A stretch of DNA of 52,655 bases, the filler included, from Sphacelaria rigidula (lineage: Eukaryota): NCBI GenBank assembly GCA_964200075.2. It is 4 parts of 4 records of this genome, joined end to end, with 100 filler letters (N's around TTAATTAATTAA, not from the genome) between each part and the next. Parts side by side here need not be neighbours in the genome. Positions count along the whole stretch, not along the records: positions 1 to 13,092 come from CAXNAA020003156.1; 3 more parts are not named here. One strand, 5' to 3'. Shown in pieces: positions 1 to 12,081 of the stretch (position 1 is the stretch's first letter; each line of letters begins with the position of its first letter). Both the position numbers and the translations under genes were made by a program. The notes under the pieces are model-generated. The model ran no database searches and was not told where the DNA came from. It saw nothing but the letters and a program-made list of their open reading frames with translations.

Positions 1-2769
1 AGCGACGCCACGAAAACCGGTGAGAAGTAGCTCCCCCGAGTTCAACGGGGAGAGAAAAGGAAGAAAGAAAGAAAAACGAACAAACAAACAAACAACGCCA
101 GATCTGTCAAAAGTGTACACCGAGAGAAAGGAGTTGTGGGGTACCGTAATTATGCGAGTCATCGCACAATTACGGTATATTGCCATGAAAGTTCGGAGTG
201 TCATTGCATCATCACCCCGAGCGATGAGACAACCCGAGCCTGATTTTGTGGATGAAGACTCTTGATCAAGGTTCGATTCGCAATGGATAAGTGCATGTCT
301 ACCGCCGTAGATGAGATCCTGGGTTGCTGACAGCTATCGAGGCGATTTCACGATGACATGACCTGAGGTGGCCATTTTGTTTTGAGGGGGGGGAATCGAG
401 GCTGCGTTTCTAGGTCCTGACGGCCCTGGTGAGGTGGTTCGGCAACCACGGGTTTTCAATATAGAGTCTCATCATCATGGGAAACGCGGTGTATGTGAGT
501 GTAAAATTCGTGTGTAGATGGTAGATGGATACGAATCCCACGGCAGAAGCAGGTCGGTGGCGCTTGTGCTGAACGACCAATCGGTAACGGTCATCCTTGA
601 GTGCTATCGTCGCTTTCGTTCCCTTATTTCATTTTATCTACAACGGCCTTGCATGTTTGTTAATCAACACCAGTGTGCTCCGGCAGATGAATACCGAGTT
701 TTGAAGCATTTGAACGCCGAAGGTGTCCATTTGTGAAAAAAAATCGGCGCATCATTTTCACTCGAAAAAGGACTTGAAATGATCCCGATTCAACGAGTGG
801 ACACCTTCGGCGGTCAAATGGTGATTGTAAGGTCATTTTTCAGGTGAAAATGGTACCGGCACAGCAGATGAACACCTCTGGGCTGTCTGTCGAACGGTCA
901 GCTCTTTGCCTTGATTGTATGCTCGACATGTCGGAACACTCGTGTGCTGATTCCTTACGCAGGCTAGGGCAAACGTCAATGCGAGAGATAAGAAGAACGA
1001 GACGCCCCTGGACCTGGCGCTCAAGAAAAAACAGGCAAGAAGGCGGTGATTGCGTCATTTTCCGCCGAGGAGTATTTTCCATATAATCGTTATCGATGTT
1101 CCGTTTTCATCCACTTTCGAATCGTCCCAGTATATTTGTTACGGCTGTTCGAAATTTTCCCCTTTGTCTGCGAAATCAGCTATTTTTCAGTGGTACCACG
1201 ACAGTGCACACGTGTCAAATGTGTCTACAGGGAAGGCCCTCAAACGTTCAAGGGTGAAATGTCAACTCAGTAGAACTTCCGCGTTGGTCGCGAAGCATGG
1301 TTGATTTGGGTAATCACTTGATATTTGGGTGAACACCAATATTCTGATCTGTAGAGAGGCTGACAGTCCCAAGTGCTCCTAGCTTGCCCAGAACGTGTTT
1401 TCGTCCACATCGGCGTCTGCCGATTTGAGGTCTGCCAATGTACGCTTTGCCTAGAGCAACCTTTACACCCCACTCGCCCGAGGGTTCTTTCATGCCTTGG
1501 TTCGGGTTCGGCTCGGAGTTGGGGTTAATCAAGGTTAGGGCTAGAGTCAGTTCAGAATTCCATATTTTCCGAGAACGCTGTCAAGTAGCCTTTCTCTTTG
1601 TTCTTCGGATTAGTGGTCGTAAATGCGTAATGCAGTGATTTACACTTCAAAATCTTTGAATTATTATAACGAATGACAGTTTATCGATCTTCGTAATACC
1701 GCGCTTGATCTTCGACACATTTTTCCAGAGCCCCCTTCCCAGTGTCTGCATGATGACTAGCGGGGTCGCAGTACATTCGTTGATTGAAAATGTGAATACA
1801 TACATGAATACGTACGTATAGCTTAAGATGCCGACCACCGCGATTTCCCTTGACAGGGTATCGTGACGTGAAATTCCCGTCATCCCCGCGACATGTTGAT
1901 TCTACCGCACAGGTACCACATTCGTCTGGCCCCGTACTGTTCGTACCGTACAATCGAAAAACCGGACCCCGAGGTACCGCAGGATTCACGACAAGAGAAT
2001 ACCGCGCCGTACGTACCGCGCAATAGAGGTACCAAGCACTGTGCATCGCAGTGATACCGTAACAGTCAAGTATCATAGTGTATAATCATGTTCCAAAAAC
2101 TGGTTCCGAGGAAAGTCCGGATCATTTGTTGTCTAAACGGAGCCGACGATGAATGAAACCGGAGCAGTTGCATCTTTGCGCGAGCAGTTCCTGAGAATAT
2201 CCAAGGATCTGATGAATCATCGCTCGTTGGAATCGCCAAATGTACCATTGCTAAGGTCTGATTGCTCGAAAAAGAGAAACCTGTTGACCGCGGGTCAAAG
2301 AAGTCTCCAAACACGCAAATGTTTGCGCTGTTTCTCGTACCTGGGGTACAGTGCAAGGCTGAAAGCAAGGCCGAAGGATTGATTCGGACGGTCTGCATCA
2401 ATTACACTGTAAAGCAAGTGATTGCCAAAGCAACGATTGTTCATCCGACCCCAAAAAATCGATATATTTATGTTGTATCTAATGACAGTTTTGTTTTGTT
2501 CTGGTATGTTATCATGGAAACGAACGAAACGGGAATCGACACAGACAGCAATGGAGCTTTTGCTTCGGACGAGCGGCGCCGGGCGGTCGTGGACCAATCC
2601 CACCGTATTCTTCAAAATCGCGTGCACTCCGAGAGTATGGAAAGCCGCGTGTCAAACGGGGGACGGGGTACAGGGAGCTCTGTGGCCGCTCGTCTTGAAT
2701 TTGGTGTCGATGGTGAGATGCGTTGGATTTCGATGGTGTCTGCTGTTGTGACAGCCCCCTTCAGTTGCG

Positions 2770-3055
2770 GTGAGACACCAATGAGGCATTGTGTAAGCCG
2801 TGGCTGTCTCAGGAAGTGGCGATGCCGGAAGGCTGTCATCAGCATGCAAGATTATCAGTACCCTTCGGTCTGAACAATCTTAGTATGATGCAGGTCACCC
2901 TTCATTCGGCTTGCCGAATAAATCAGGGCGCTTCGCGCTTGGTGATTGATTGCGAGCCTGGTCCGGTGTAAAGCCGAGGTGCCCCGTCCCGGCTTTGTAG
3001 GGATGCGAGGCCAGTGGTCTTATGACTACAGCATGCAAGCTCATGAGTACACCCC
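2770..3055 (+). repeat. Dispersed repeat family RF1 fragment (unclassified, probably retroelement-derived)
   Basis: Clear similarity to 15790-16130 (ccgtggctgtctc..ggaagtg; gtcccggctttgtagggatgcgagg) and, inverted, to 26410-26500. Confidence 0.7.
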
Positions 3056-4024
3056 CCCTCCCCCCCACCCTACCTAGCTAGAGGCATCAAAAATGCTTCG
3101 AATTTTCCCCCACGGAGACTGACTACACAGACGAATAACTACAAGGCAGCACTCGAGAGGAAACAGCACGAGCTGCAGCAGCGCTCACGCGACTTCCTTT
3201 GCTTCTGGAGAGGGTTGGGAGTAGGAAAAAAACTATGCGTCAGCGGGAAATTGACTATCGTGGGCGCCGTGTCGATGCTCTATTTGCAACGTCTGAGGTA
3301 GTGGACGTTGTGCGGCGCACGCGCAGGACGATAGTTCCAGAGAGAGCGAGTCTCTCGCTGGGGAGCGGATAGCTGGCAAGCTGCCAGCCGTGGAAAATGA
3401 TCCTTGTGGATGTAGTGTAGGGTGACTAAACACATGAAATCTGAGGAATTTTACGTGCTAACAGTACCGATGGTATCTGAGGGTATTCATGTGTTCCATC
3501 ACCTGATATGCATACGAATGAGCAGATCTACTTTATTTTCCTTGAGTGACGCTGCAACAGTAATTGCCTTCCCCCCTTCCGCCTGTGCGTCCGCGGTCTC
3601 GTGAATAATAATAGGCTGGTGTGTTTTGGATTGTGGTACATTGCTTCTTCGACGACGTCTACGTGAGTCTTGGACACATTCATCTGGTGAACACTGCTGT
3701 CCAAGCGCAGCTCGTGCTGTGGATCATGTTTTTGCTAACATGGTTGTCCAACCCGGGGTAAGAATTTCACCACCACCTGTCCCGTGCCCGTCGCTCTGGA
3801 TGTGACAGGGGGACAGGGGAGTGGGGGCGTACTCTTTTTTTCTTGCCTTATCAATAGTCATCTGACCATTTATCGCGCATCCCTTTCGAGACTGAGCACC
3901 GTTCCTACTCCTGATAGAGACACCTCTAACATTGGGGCGCTCGTAAGGGGTTACCCATGCATCACGTCAGAGCCTTTAGTTATCGTATCCCCGTCCTTTT
4001 TTGGCCTCCTCTCCTGGGTCGGCT

Positions 4025-4232
4025 TCGGTTGGCAACGTCACTGTGAAACACGCCACTCACTGCGTGAGCTAGGCAACCAGGTTACCGTTTTTCTTGGCTT
4101 GCGTTCTTTCTGCGGTAAGCGTGATGACGTGATGGCGGTCGAGCTAGATCATTGTGCGGGGTGAGAGAACCTCACTTCCGCGCAAAGGAGATGATCATAC
4201 TACGTAGTGTTGGAATGGTGAGATATCCACGA
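4025..4232 (+). repeat. Dispersed repeat family RF1 fragment
   Basis: Aligns by eye with 15600-15800 (ggttggcaacg..acacgccac.cactgcgt..ctaggc.accag; tgatc.tactacgtagtgtt). Confidence 0.7.
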
Positions 4233-4239
4233 AACAGTA

Positions 4240-5387
4240 CGAGCTGGGCCAGCCTAGAAACGGATTTGAGCTCTCAAAAGCAATACCTCAGCGACACGGA
4301 CGAGTTGGGCCGTGATCCGCACATTATATTAATCGTCTAATCAACGGGAAGGTGCCCATCTGCTGAAAAATCTGCGCCAATTTTTTCTCGTTGATTGAAC
4401 CCCATGTCTAGTAATTCCTATACCGTACGGAGATAGCGCCCACACTAAAATCTATATGAAACCCCGCACGATACATTCAGCGGATAATGACGATTTTTTA
4501 TCTCGACCTTCCCTGGAGCACGGGGAGACGATAAATGCCCTCACCTTCACCCGATTCGTAATCTATCTCGAGATGTGGCGCACATAAGCTTTTATACTAA
4601 AATCAATATATTATGAGGAGAGGCACAATATGCCCTACTTCTGGATATCGCGTCTCAGTTTTTGAGAGTTATGCTATGAAATTTGGTATGTAGAACCGCT
4701 AGTGCATATTAAAATTAGGAAAAAAAAACGGCTTTTTACCTTTTGTTGGTTCTGTTTCAACTTTTTTTAGTGTTTTTAGTGGAGTTTTGAAGAGAAGTTT
4801 TGAAGAAGAATGAACATTACTCTTAGGCTTGATCTCATTTTTTTAGCTCAACTTTTAGAAATGTAATTTGAAACTTAGCATGGAAAACCACGAAGGTGTG
4901 CCGAATGAAAAAAATGGGCCATCATCTTTTTTGTCGGGAAAGGTTAGGGCGTTCTCGTGAAAAAATGGTCTTCACCATACTAGAACGCCCTAAACCAGTA
5001 AATATCATTTAAAAAAATCAACCTAACCCACTTTGTTCTGTATGCCCCAGCAAGGGCTCACACAAAATTTCAATACACAAAAACCAAACGTGGGCCGGTG
5101 AGTGGCCTGCAAAATACTGTTCCGAATTTATGCCGACCCGGTTTTTGAACTGCCCATTCGCCGGCTAATATTTAGAGCTGGACCCTAAGATTTGGTATGG
5201 ACAATGCGTTTTCAGGCATCAGTAAAATACCCTTAACTCATAACTAGAAACAAAAACTCATGGTGCGCTCGGAATTTTTTTATCATGCCCTATTCATTGT
5301 CCATACTAAATTTTAGGGTCCAACTCTAAATATTGGCCGGCGAATGGGCTGCAAACTATATTTTCGCTTCTAGGCTAGCCCAGCTCG
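4240..5387. mobile_element. Non-autonomous Tc1/mariner-type DNA transposon (1.15 kb)
   Basis: TIRs CGAGCTGGGCyAGCCTAGAArCG at both ends, TA on both flanks (4238-39, 5388-89), AT-rich non-coding interior with internal inverted repeats. Confidence 0.85.
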
Positions 5388-5393
5388 TATACC

Positions 5394-5556
5394 GCCGCGC
5401 CCCGGTAGTGAAATGGTCCGACTGCCACTGGGGTGGAGAGAACAAGGGTTCGATTCGCGATGCTTTGGGTTTTTTCTTCGTAGTATCTCATTTCCACCGT
5501 GGAAAGCGTGAGCACGTGAGTAAGCAAAGTAGTCGACTGAGTTTGTTTGACCTGAG
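5394..5556 (+). mobile_element. tRNA-derived SINE family A, 3'-truncated copy
   Basis: A-box-like GGTAGTGAAATGGT and B-box-like GGTTCGATTCG; body matches the inverted copy at 37232-37540. Confidence 0.8.
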
Positions 5557-6638
5557 CAGTGTTGTTTCTTTTCAATATTATGGAGGCATTGTACGGAAAT
5601 TATAATTCATCATCCGCGGCATCAATTGGAGACGGTCATACTCTAAGGCCCAACATATGTTGAGACTAGAGGGGAAGACGTCCTTGGAAGAGAGGTCTCC
5701 ACATTTGACAGCCGGATGGGAAAGGATGCATATCACTACGAATGTAGAAAGCGTTTATTGCACGATATGTATCCGCGCAATTTAATACCCGAAGGAGTTG
5801 ACACTGTGTGTTCCTAGTGCCAGTACAACAAGCACCGTAGAACTGGCTGTACGATGTGAGCCGCGCCTCGACAGGGATAGAATACCCGCGATCCATCTGT
5901 GACAAGAAGAAACAAATTGCAACTCGCACTCTGTCCTATTCTGGAACCAAGTGAAAACCCTGCACAGGGGTGATCACGCGCATGCCAGGCAAAGGTGAAA
6001 TATCTTCACGTGGGAGCATACCACGGAAGAATATCTGATTGCTTCTGATAGAAGAAAACTACAGCAACTACCCGTGTCATTTTCAGACCGTCGTGGTAAC
6101 GCCCACGCCAAGTCTGGCACTGTGAGGGAGGAGACGTTGCCCCCTGCCCGAGCAGGTCCGCAGTGGTCCTTGACAGAAGACACCCATCTCCTTGGCTGCG
6201 TTGTGCGGCCGCGTCTTGCTCGGAACGGCGTATAAAACTCAGGGGCATCTGCCTCTAACATAATAAGGAGAACCTTGACTAGTGGTTACTTCCGGCCTTG
6301 GTGCCAGCCTCGACCTACAGGGGGCCGATGTAAACAACAAGGATGGCAAGATCTACTCCTGCCCCGGCGCGGATTTCAAATCGTCACCCTCTAGAACTAT
6401 CCTCAGAAAGAGTTCTTGTTTTCGGAATCACGGCAGCAACGTTCATAATCATCCTTTGAAGCCACGCAGCGCACAAAACGTCTTGGGTCGCCGGAACTGC
6501 TGCGTTAACACCCACCTGCGGCTTCAGTCCACACATACGTCAAGTTTCAGTATCATCAGATGCCTGATGTACTGTGTTAGGTAGGGCGCTTAATATCCAA
6601 AAATACCGCCTCCATATTATTGAAAAGGAATAACAGTG
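5557..6638. mobile_element. Putative TIR element, possibly CACTG/EnSpm-like non-autonomous (1.08 kb)
   Basis: 31-bp imperfect inverted repeats (27/31: CAGTGTTGTTTCTTTTCAATATTATGGAGGC vs CACTGTTATTCCTTTTCAATAATATGGAGGC), AG on both flanks; begins exactly where the SINE is cut. Confidence 0.55.
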
Positions 6639-8375
6639 AGTAATTTAATCACGACTCAAGCGACGGTAGGGGTGCAAATTCCAGTTCAAAACCTTCCGGA
6701 GGCTACACGCTAAGGCTCGCCCACGACATGCTCGCGGTGGAGAGACTGCTGCTGTGGTGAGCTCAGTTTTATTCAGGTTCCTCTTACTACGGCAAAGGGC
6801 ACCATAATATGAAAAAAACATCTGTGCGATGGTAAAGGAATAAGGAGTTGGCAGCATGCGACCATTTCGGTCTATCAATCAAGATGTATCTCCCAATGTA
6901 ACCAAAAAGAGGTGCCTTGGTGTTTCCCTCTGAATGACTTCCTCTACACTGCAGCGAACAGAGTGAAGACATCCCCGGCTAGGCCAGCCACCACCGCTTG
7001 CCACCGATGGAGATATCCCAGACGGGGGAAATTTTCCGGCACAACTTAAACGGTGACTCCCGGACGTTACTTCATAGCATTGGACCGAGGTCAGCGATCG
7101 TGACGCCTTCCGCGGCATGCTGTGCCTTCCCTGTTGTTCGTCTGCAGGTCAGCGACCGCTGATGGATGGGAAACACTAAATCCCGAACCTTTCCGCAACA
7201 AGTCATCCTACTTTTGTACACACACACCGTCTTCCATCTACACAGTGGGACAGCTTGCAGTGCTGCCAGTTCCATTAATATTGGTATCGACTCGCCTCAT
7301 AATCGTGAACCATTCCACACTCGGGATCAGGAGCACCCTGAAGGAATATGGCTTCACTCTTGATAGTGTGCCGATGTGGCAACTGTCTTCTGCAGTTTAT
7401 GCAGAGGTGCAGAGAGTGACGGTCAAGTCACTTGAACTGAGAATGGAGATGATGTTGAACTTGGCGCTTATGTGACCGAAGACTCTAACTCATGGAAGAG
7501 AATCTTGAGTAGGAGAAGAAAAGTAGTAGAGGAGTGATCAGGTGGGCGAGCACCAAGTGTGCGAGCCTACCGATCAGCTAATGAACTTCCGGAACTTCCA
7601 CACGTCTAGAACACTCGCGGGATAATACAACCGATAACTCCCGACTAATCCCCCGACAACTTGTTCTGGTAACATAATCTACCGCAGAATATACCACAGA
7701 CTATTTCTGGAACACTCAAATGATTTCATACTTGTTCACGATAACCTACGATAGATGGTAGTTGTTGCCAATGACTGACATTGAATATTCCAACACTCGC
7801 CCTCAATGGAAAGTCATCTCAAAGGAAAGTAATCCAAAGGAGGAATATCTTGAGGCAAAAAACACTTACGCAAAAGATTTTACTCCCACTTGCGACCAAC
7901 AGAGATCGAACGAAGATCTCTCACGCTTCCTTCTGTAGCATGTACGGTAGATGCAGCAAACGAAAAGAACGCAAGGATGCTGTCTACAAGAAGTCAACAA
8001 TTTTAGCCTAGATATTCAAGCTACTCAGGAAATGCAGAAAGTATGCACAAATCTTCTGAGGTTGCTACTCCGGAGCATATGCTATAACTACTGCTTTTAC
8101 GATCATACTTGAAGATTTGACCGTGGGCGCTATACGAATATGCGCAACAAACACAAGAAAAACGAGTTGCAGTGATATACTGCTGTCTGCTGCTCTGCTT
8201 CTGGCAGAAGATGTTTCTCGCTACGGACGACGCGTAGAGTCGCTCTTGGCGGAATATTGTTCCTCCCCCTACAGCTCGTTGCGGGAGAACATGTCGATGA
8301 CGAGATGTACAGAAGATTCCGCCCGGACTACCCCATGGCGATGGTGAGGAGCCCAATCCTTAAGTTTTGGCGTCG

Positions 8376-9251
8376 TCACTTGAACTGGAGGATTTGCCGC
8401 ATGAGACTGTCTTGTACCTCGCGGACGCAGTACTTGGTGCAAAGGTCGGCCAACATGTGGCGGCCTGGAATGAAGTTTAGCTTGATGATGCCTTGACGGA
8501 TCCATTTGCGGAGTGGGGCGAAGCGGACGGCGATGTGCCGCGACCTCTGGCTGAAGTTCGCCTCCGAAGCTAGGGTCATGGGGCTCCGGTTGTCCGCATA
8601 CAGGGTGGAGGTGCGTTGCTGTGACCATCCTAGCTCCCCCAGGATAGAAGAGAAGTAGAGCCCGTGCTTGGCGGTGCTGTTCATTGCGATGAGCTCCCCG
8701 TCTGATGTCGATTGCGCGGTTATGCGTTGAACTTGACTGCCGAAGTGAACGAGCCCTCCACTCAGAAAAAACATTGATCCGGTGATGGATTTGCTTGATG
8801 GTCCAGATGCGTAGGAGGCGTCGCTGTAGCAGGTAATGCTGAAGTCGCTGGTGCGCCTGTAGGTAATGACGAGACCTGGGTTGCGCTTGAGGTACCGAAG
8901 AATCCTTTTGGCGCTAGCTGCGCTCGCAGTGGTCGGACTTGACATGTGCCGTGCTACCTTCATGACGGCATGCGCGATGTCGAATCTTGTGCAATTCACC
9001 AGGAAGATGAGGCTTCCCACCAGGTTCTGGTAGTCCTTTTTCTCACTTGCGGAAAGAAGTGCAGATTCACCAGTTGCGTTGTTGAGCTCGGCTCCTGTCC
9101 CTGGAGTATTCGGGGAATTGCACGTATCCATGTCATAACGCTTGAGCACAGATATGGTGTATTTCTCCTGGCTGAGGCTTTTGGTACCGTTCTCCAGGTC
9201 TTGATGAATGTCGATGCCGAGAATCTGAGTCGCATGACCAAGATCAGTCAT
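8376..9251 (-). pseudogene. Copia RT C-terminus and RNase H
   Basis: MTDLG..ILGI, YQNLVGSL, KRILRYLK, YSDASYA, ADN, RSRHI, LADLCTK; frameshifted relative to upstream RT. Confidence 0.97.
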
Positions 9252-10018
9252 CTTGAGTGATTGCTGAAGTTCCTGACGCTTGATGCAGCACGTCGGTAGA
9301 AGGGCCCGTGAGAAGAATGTCGTCGACGAAGAGTGTCAGCATGCAGTAGGTGCCTCCGCTGCCCTTGGTGTAGACACAGGGGTCAGATGCTGTAGGTGTG
9401 AACCCTTTCGTGCGCAGATCCCTGTCGATTGTTGAGTTCCAAACGCTCGGAGACTGACGCAGCCCGTACAAGCTCTTGCGCAGACGCAGACGCCAAACCA
9501 GCTGCTTGCCAGTGGTGCTGTCAAAATTTTCGAATCTTGGCGCCTGAAAAGTGTACACCACTTCGGAGAGGGTACCGCTTAGGAACGCTGTCTGCACGTC
9601 CATGGCGATGACCGGCCATTTCTGGGAAGCCGCTATCGCCAATAGAAGTCCTTGGCTTCCAATCCTGCACACCGGTGCAAATGTGGTGAAACAGTCTATG
9701 CCGTGCTGTTGCGCCCAGCCCTGAACGACGACTTTTGCCTTGAATCGCCCATCCGTTTTGATCCGATAAACCCAGCGCGTGCCAATGATGGAGCAACCGG
9801 CGGGTACGGAATCGAACGGGACGAGATCCGCCACCTCGTGGTCGGCCAGGCTGTCCATTTCTTTGTCCATGGCCTTTTTCCATTCCGCTGCCTGGGGTGA
9901 ATCCATGGCCTGCTTGTAGGTGTGGGGCATTTGGATTGCTGCAGGAGGAAGAACTTGATCGATGCCCACTGCTCCGGTGTACGAGGTCACTGAGTCCAGC
10001 ATCGCTTGAGATGAATTA
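9244..10018 (-). pseudogene. Copia reverse transcriptase (N-terminal and catalytic part)
   Basis: WKKAMDKEMDSL, FKAKVVVQG, MDVQTAFL, KSLYGLRQSP, LFVDDILL. Confidence 0.97.
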
Positions 10019-10268
10019 GGCACTTTCTACGATAGCCCCCCCCAAAAAAGTGCATGGTTTTGGGAGGCAAAATTTACACGTAAATCGAAATGGGAAAGGT
10101 CGAGCACAACGAGAAGCTGGGAATTTCCACGCTTAGGTTTGTTCTAGCCAATGTCGCCGACATGAGGCGCTTCATGCAGCCTGAACCCAAACGTCAGGCG
10201 CTGTATGGCCATTTTTTTCGTGACAGTTTCGAGCTGGTTTTTGGGGGGGGGCTATCGTAGAAAGTGTC
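10019..10268. mobile_element. MITE family M4 (250 bp, 4-bp TSD) inserted between copia IN and RT
   Basis: TIRs GrCACTTTCTACGATAGCCCCCCC; TSD ATTA (10015-18, 10269-72); homologous copies at 21577 and ~47552. Confidence 0.93.
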
Positions 10269-10501
10269 ATTATCCTGCGCGAAGTTGAGCTGTCGTAGCG
10301 TGCGAGCCTGTGATAGACTATTCATCTCTGGAAAGGATCAACGGATCCGGATGAACGCAGTCGTCGTGTAGGGCCCAGTGGTTCCTTGAAGCGCTGCTCC
10401 TGTCGGTTGTTGATATCGTGATCTTCGCCGTTGTCCTTGTTGGAATCCAGGAATGTAATTCAGTCGTGGATTGGCCCCAGATCCGCCTCGTCGACCGATG
10501 A

Positions 10502-11345
10502 TTATTTTTCTTCACTATCCGGAAGATTGGTACAGGTCAGGGGTTCCGGAACCGGCTCGATGAAGGTGACATTCCGGGAGGTTGTAATGCGTCCCGTAGC
10601 ACAATCGTAGATACGAAAGGTTGGGCTGTCGTCGTTGTAGCCAACCGAAACACCTTCCCACGCTTTTGGCTGCAGCTTGGGGGTATGACCTTCGACGTGG
10701 ACGAAGGCCCTGGAGTCGATGATCCGAAGAAAGGAAATGTTTGCCTGCTTGCCGAACATGAGATGGTAGGGCGTGTCCCCTTGTAGAGCCATGTGCGATA
10801 GGCGGTTTATTAGGAATTCCGCAGTTGCCGCAATCTCCCCCCATAGGTGCTTAGGCAGACCCGTTTCGTTCAGGAGGCAGCGGGTCATGTCCATGATAGT
10901 CCGCCCGTCGCGCCCCGATATGCCGTTTTGTTGCGGCGTGTGCGGGGAGCTGAACTGCTGTATGATCCCAGTAGTTTTGCAGTAGTCGCGGAACGCAGAG
11001 CTGACATATGCCCTGCCGTTGTCCAAATGTAGACGTTGTACCCGTCGACCGAGTGGAATGGCGAGGTCTTGAACGAACCGTACCAGAGAAGAAAGGGCGT
11101 CACTTTTCCTTTCGAGGAAGTAGACGGCCTCGAGCTTGGAGTAATGATCGGTAAACTTGGCCATGTACTGGTAGCCACCGATCGCAGTTGGAGTGACGGG
11201 CCCTAGAAGGTCCGTGCTGACGAGTTGAAGTCGTTGCGTGGCGCCTGTGCTCCTGGTCTTGGGATGATTCCGCTGTGTGCTTTTGTTTATCTTGCACGTC
11301 CCGCACGCTGAAAAGGAGTCGGAAAACGCGACCCCGCTCTCTTTT
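10502..11345 (-). pseudogene. Copia integrase core (catalytic Glu apparently mutated)
   Basis: CGTCKINK, LVSTDLLGP, LHLDNG, HTPQQNGISGR (canonical NG.(A/S)ER), LWGEIAATA, SRNVTF. Confidence 0.95.
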
Positions 11346-12033
11346 ATCCGCCCGGCTTGTATAGTAGCACTTGGGCATTGGGATGTCCGAGTCGGTGATG
11401 CCACGTGTTGGCCATCGTTGTAGCCGTTGAGGTGGCACATGTTGTTTCCTGTTCCGTGTCCTGGATCAAAGAGGTACTGGATGCTATATTCGCTCTTTCA
11501 GGCGGAAAATTGGCGCCGGAGACGGTTATTAAACCGTGTTGAGTGCAGATGCTGTCCGGTGCGATAGCCAGATCCAAGTAGTACATGGTGGTGCAGGAGC
11601 TGTTCTGTCGAAGAGGCAGCTCGAAGTTTCTCATTTTAATGAAAGAGAGATAATCAGAAACCAATGACATCCCTCTTTGCACTGCTGTTCCTCCCCAGAA
11701 CAGGTGACGACCCAGCCCTGGTGCGATGATGAAGGGCAGCAGGACCTTGTGCTCGGCCCCGGTTTGGTCCTGTGTGACGACTTTCATTTTTCCTCTGCCG
11801 GTGCCGTGGAGTTTTCTCTTGCCGGCGACGTTGATGACGATCGGCGGATCGTACTTCTGATACTCGATCATCCGGTGCTGAAGATTTGGAAGCAAGTCAG
11901 GGTCGACGACGTGGTTGCTGGCGCCGGTGTCGACAGTCATGGTGAAGCGCGAAGGAGCAGCGGCGGTGTTCAGGCTGCTGGTGGCGACGAAGGAGTAACC
12001 CATTCCGGCAGGAGGTGAAGGGTCTGAAGGCAA
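11344..12033 (-). pseudogene. Copia aspartic protease and GAG-pre-integrase segment
   Basis: VDTGASNHV protease motif; WHHRLGHPN pre-integrase motif. Confidence 0.92.
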
Positions 12034-12081
12034 TGGATCTGAAGCCTGTTGAGTGGTGGCAGTCGCGGAAGTTGGAGTAGA

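Noticed and set aside
1498..1550. Telomere-like GGTTAGGG/GGGTTCGG run
   Set aside because: Short, degenerate and internal; more likely part of a repeat element than a telomere.
2262..2873. 203-aa ORF as a real gene (likewise 33728-34294, 34609-35097, 48062-48622)
   Set aside because: No motifs; these overlap repeats or lie in introns of better-supported genes and are probably chance ORFs.
3090..3432. Solo LTR (also ~19130-19412)
   Set aside because: LTR-like composition and an AAACA end, but no TSD or second copy could be established.
5394..5465. tRNA gene (also near 35655-35730 and 37465-37540)
   Set aside because: A and B boxes are present, but I cannot form a convincing cloverleaf and each head is fused to a repeated body and tail, so these are SINEs.
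5672..5730. DVLGREVSTFDSRM as viral RdRp motif A
   Set aside because: The key Asp is Glu and no convincing motif B or GDD follows in any frame.
6879..7493. Minus-strand Cys/His-rich zinc-finger pseudogene
   Set aside because: About six stops by my reading, and the composition looks like the antisense shadow of the open plus-strand frame.
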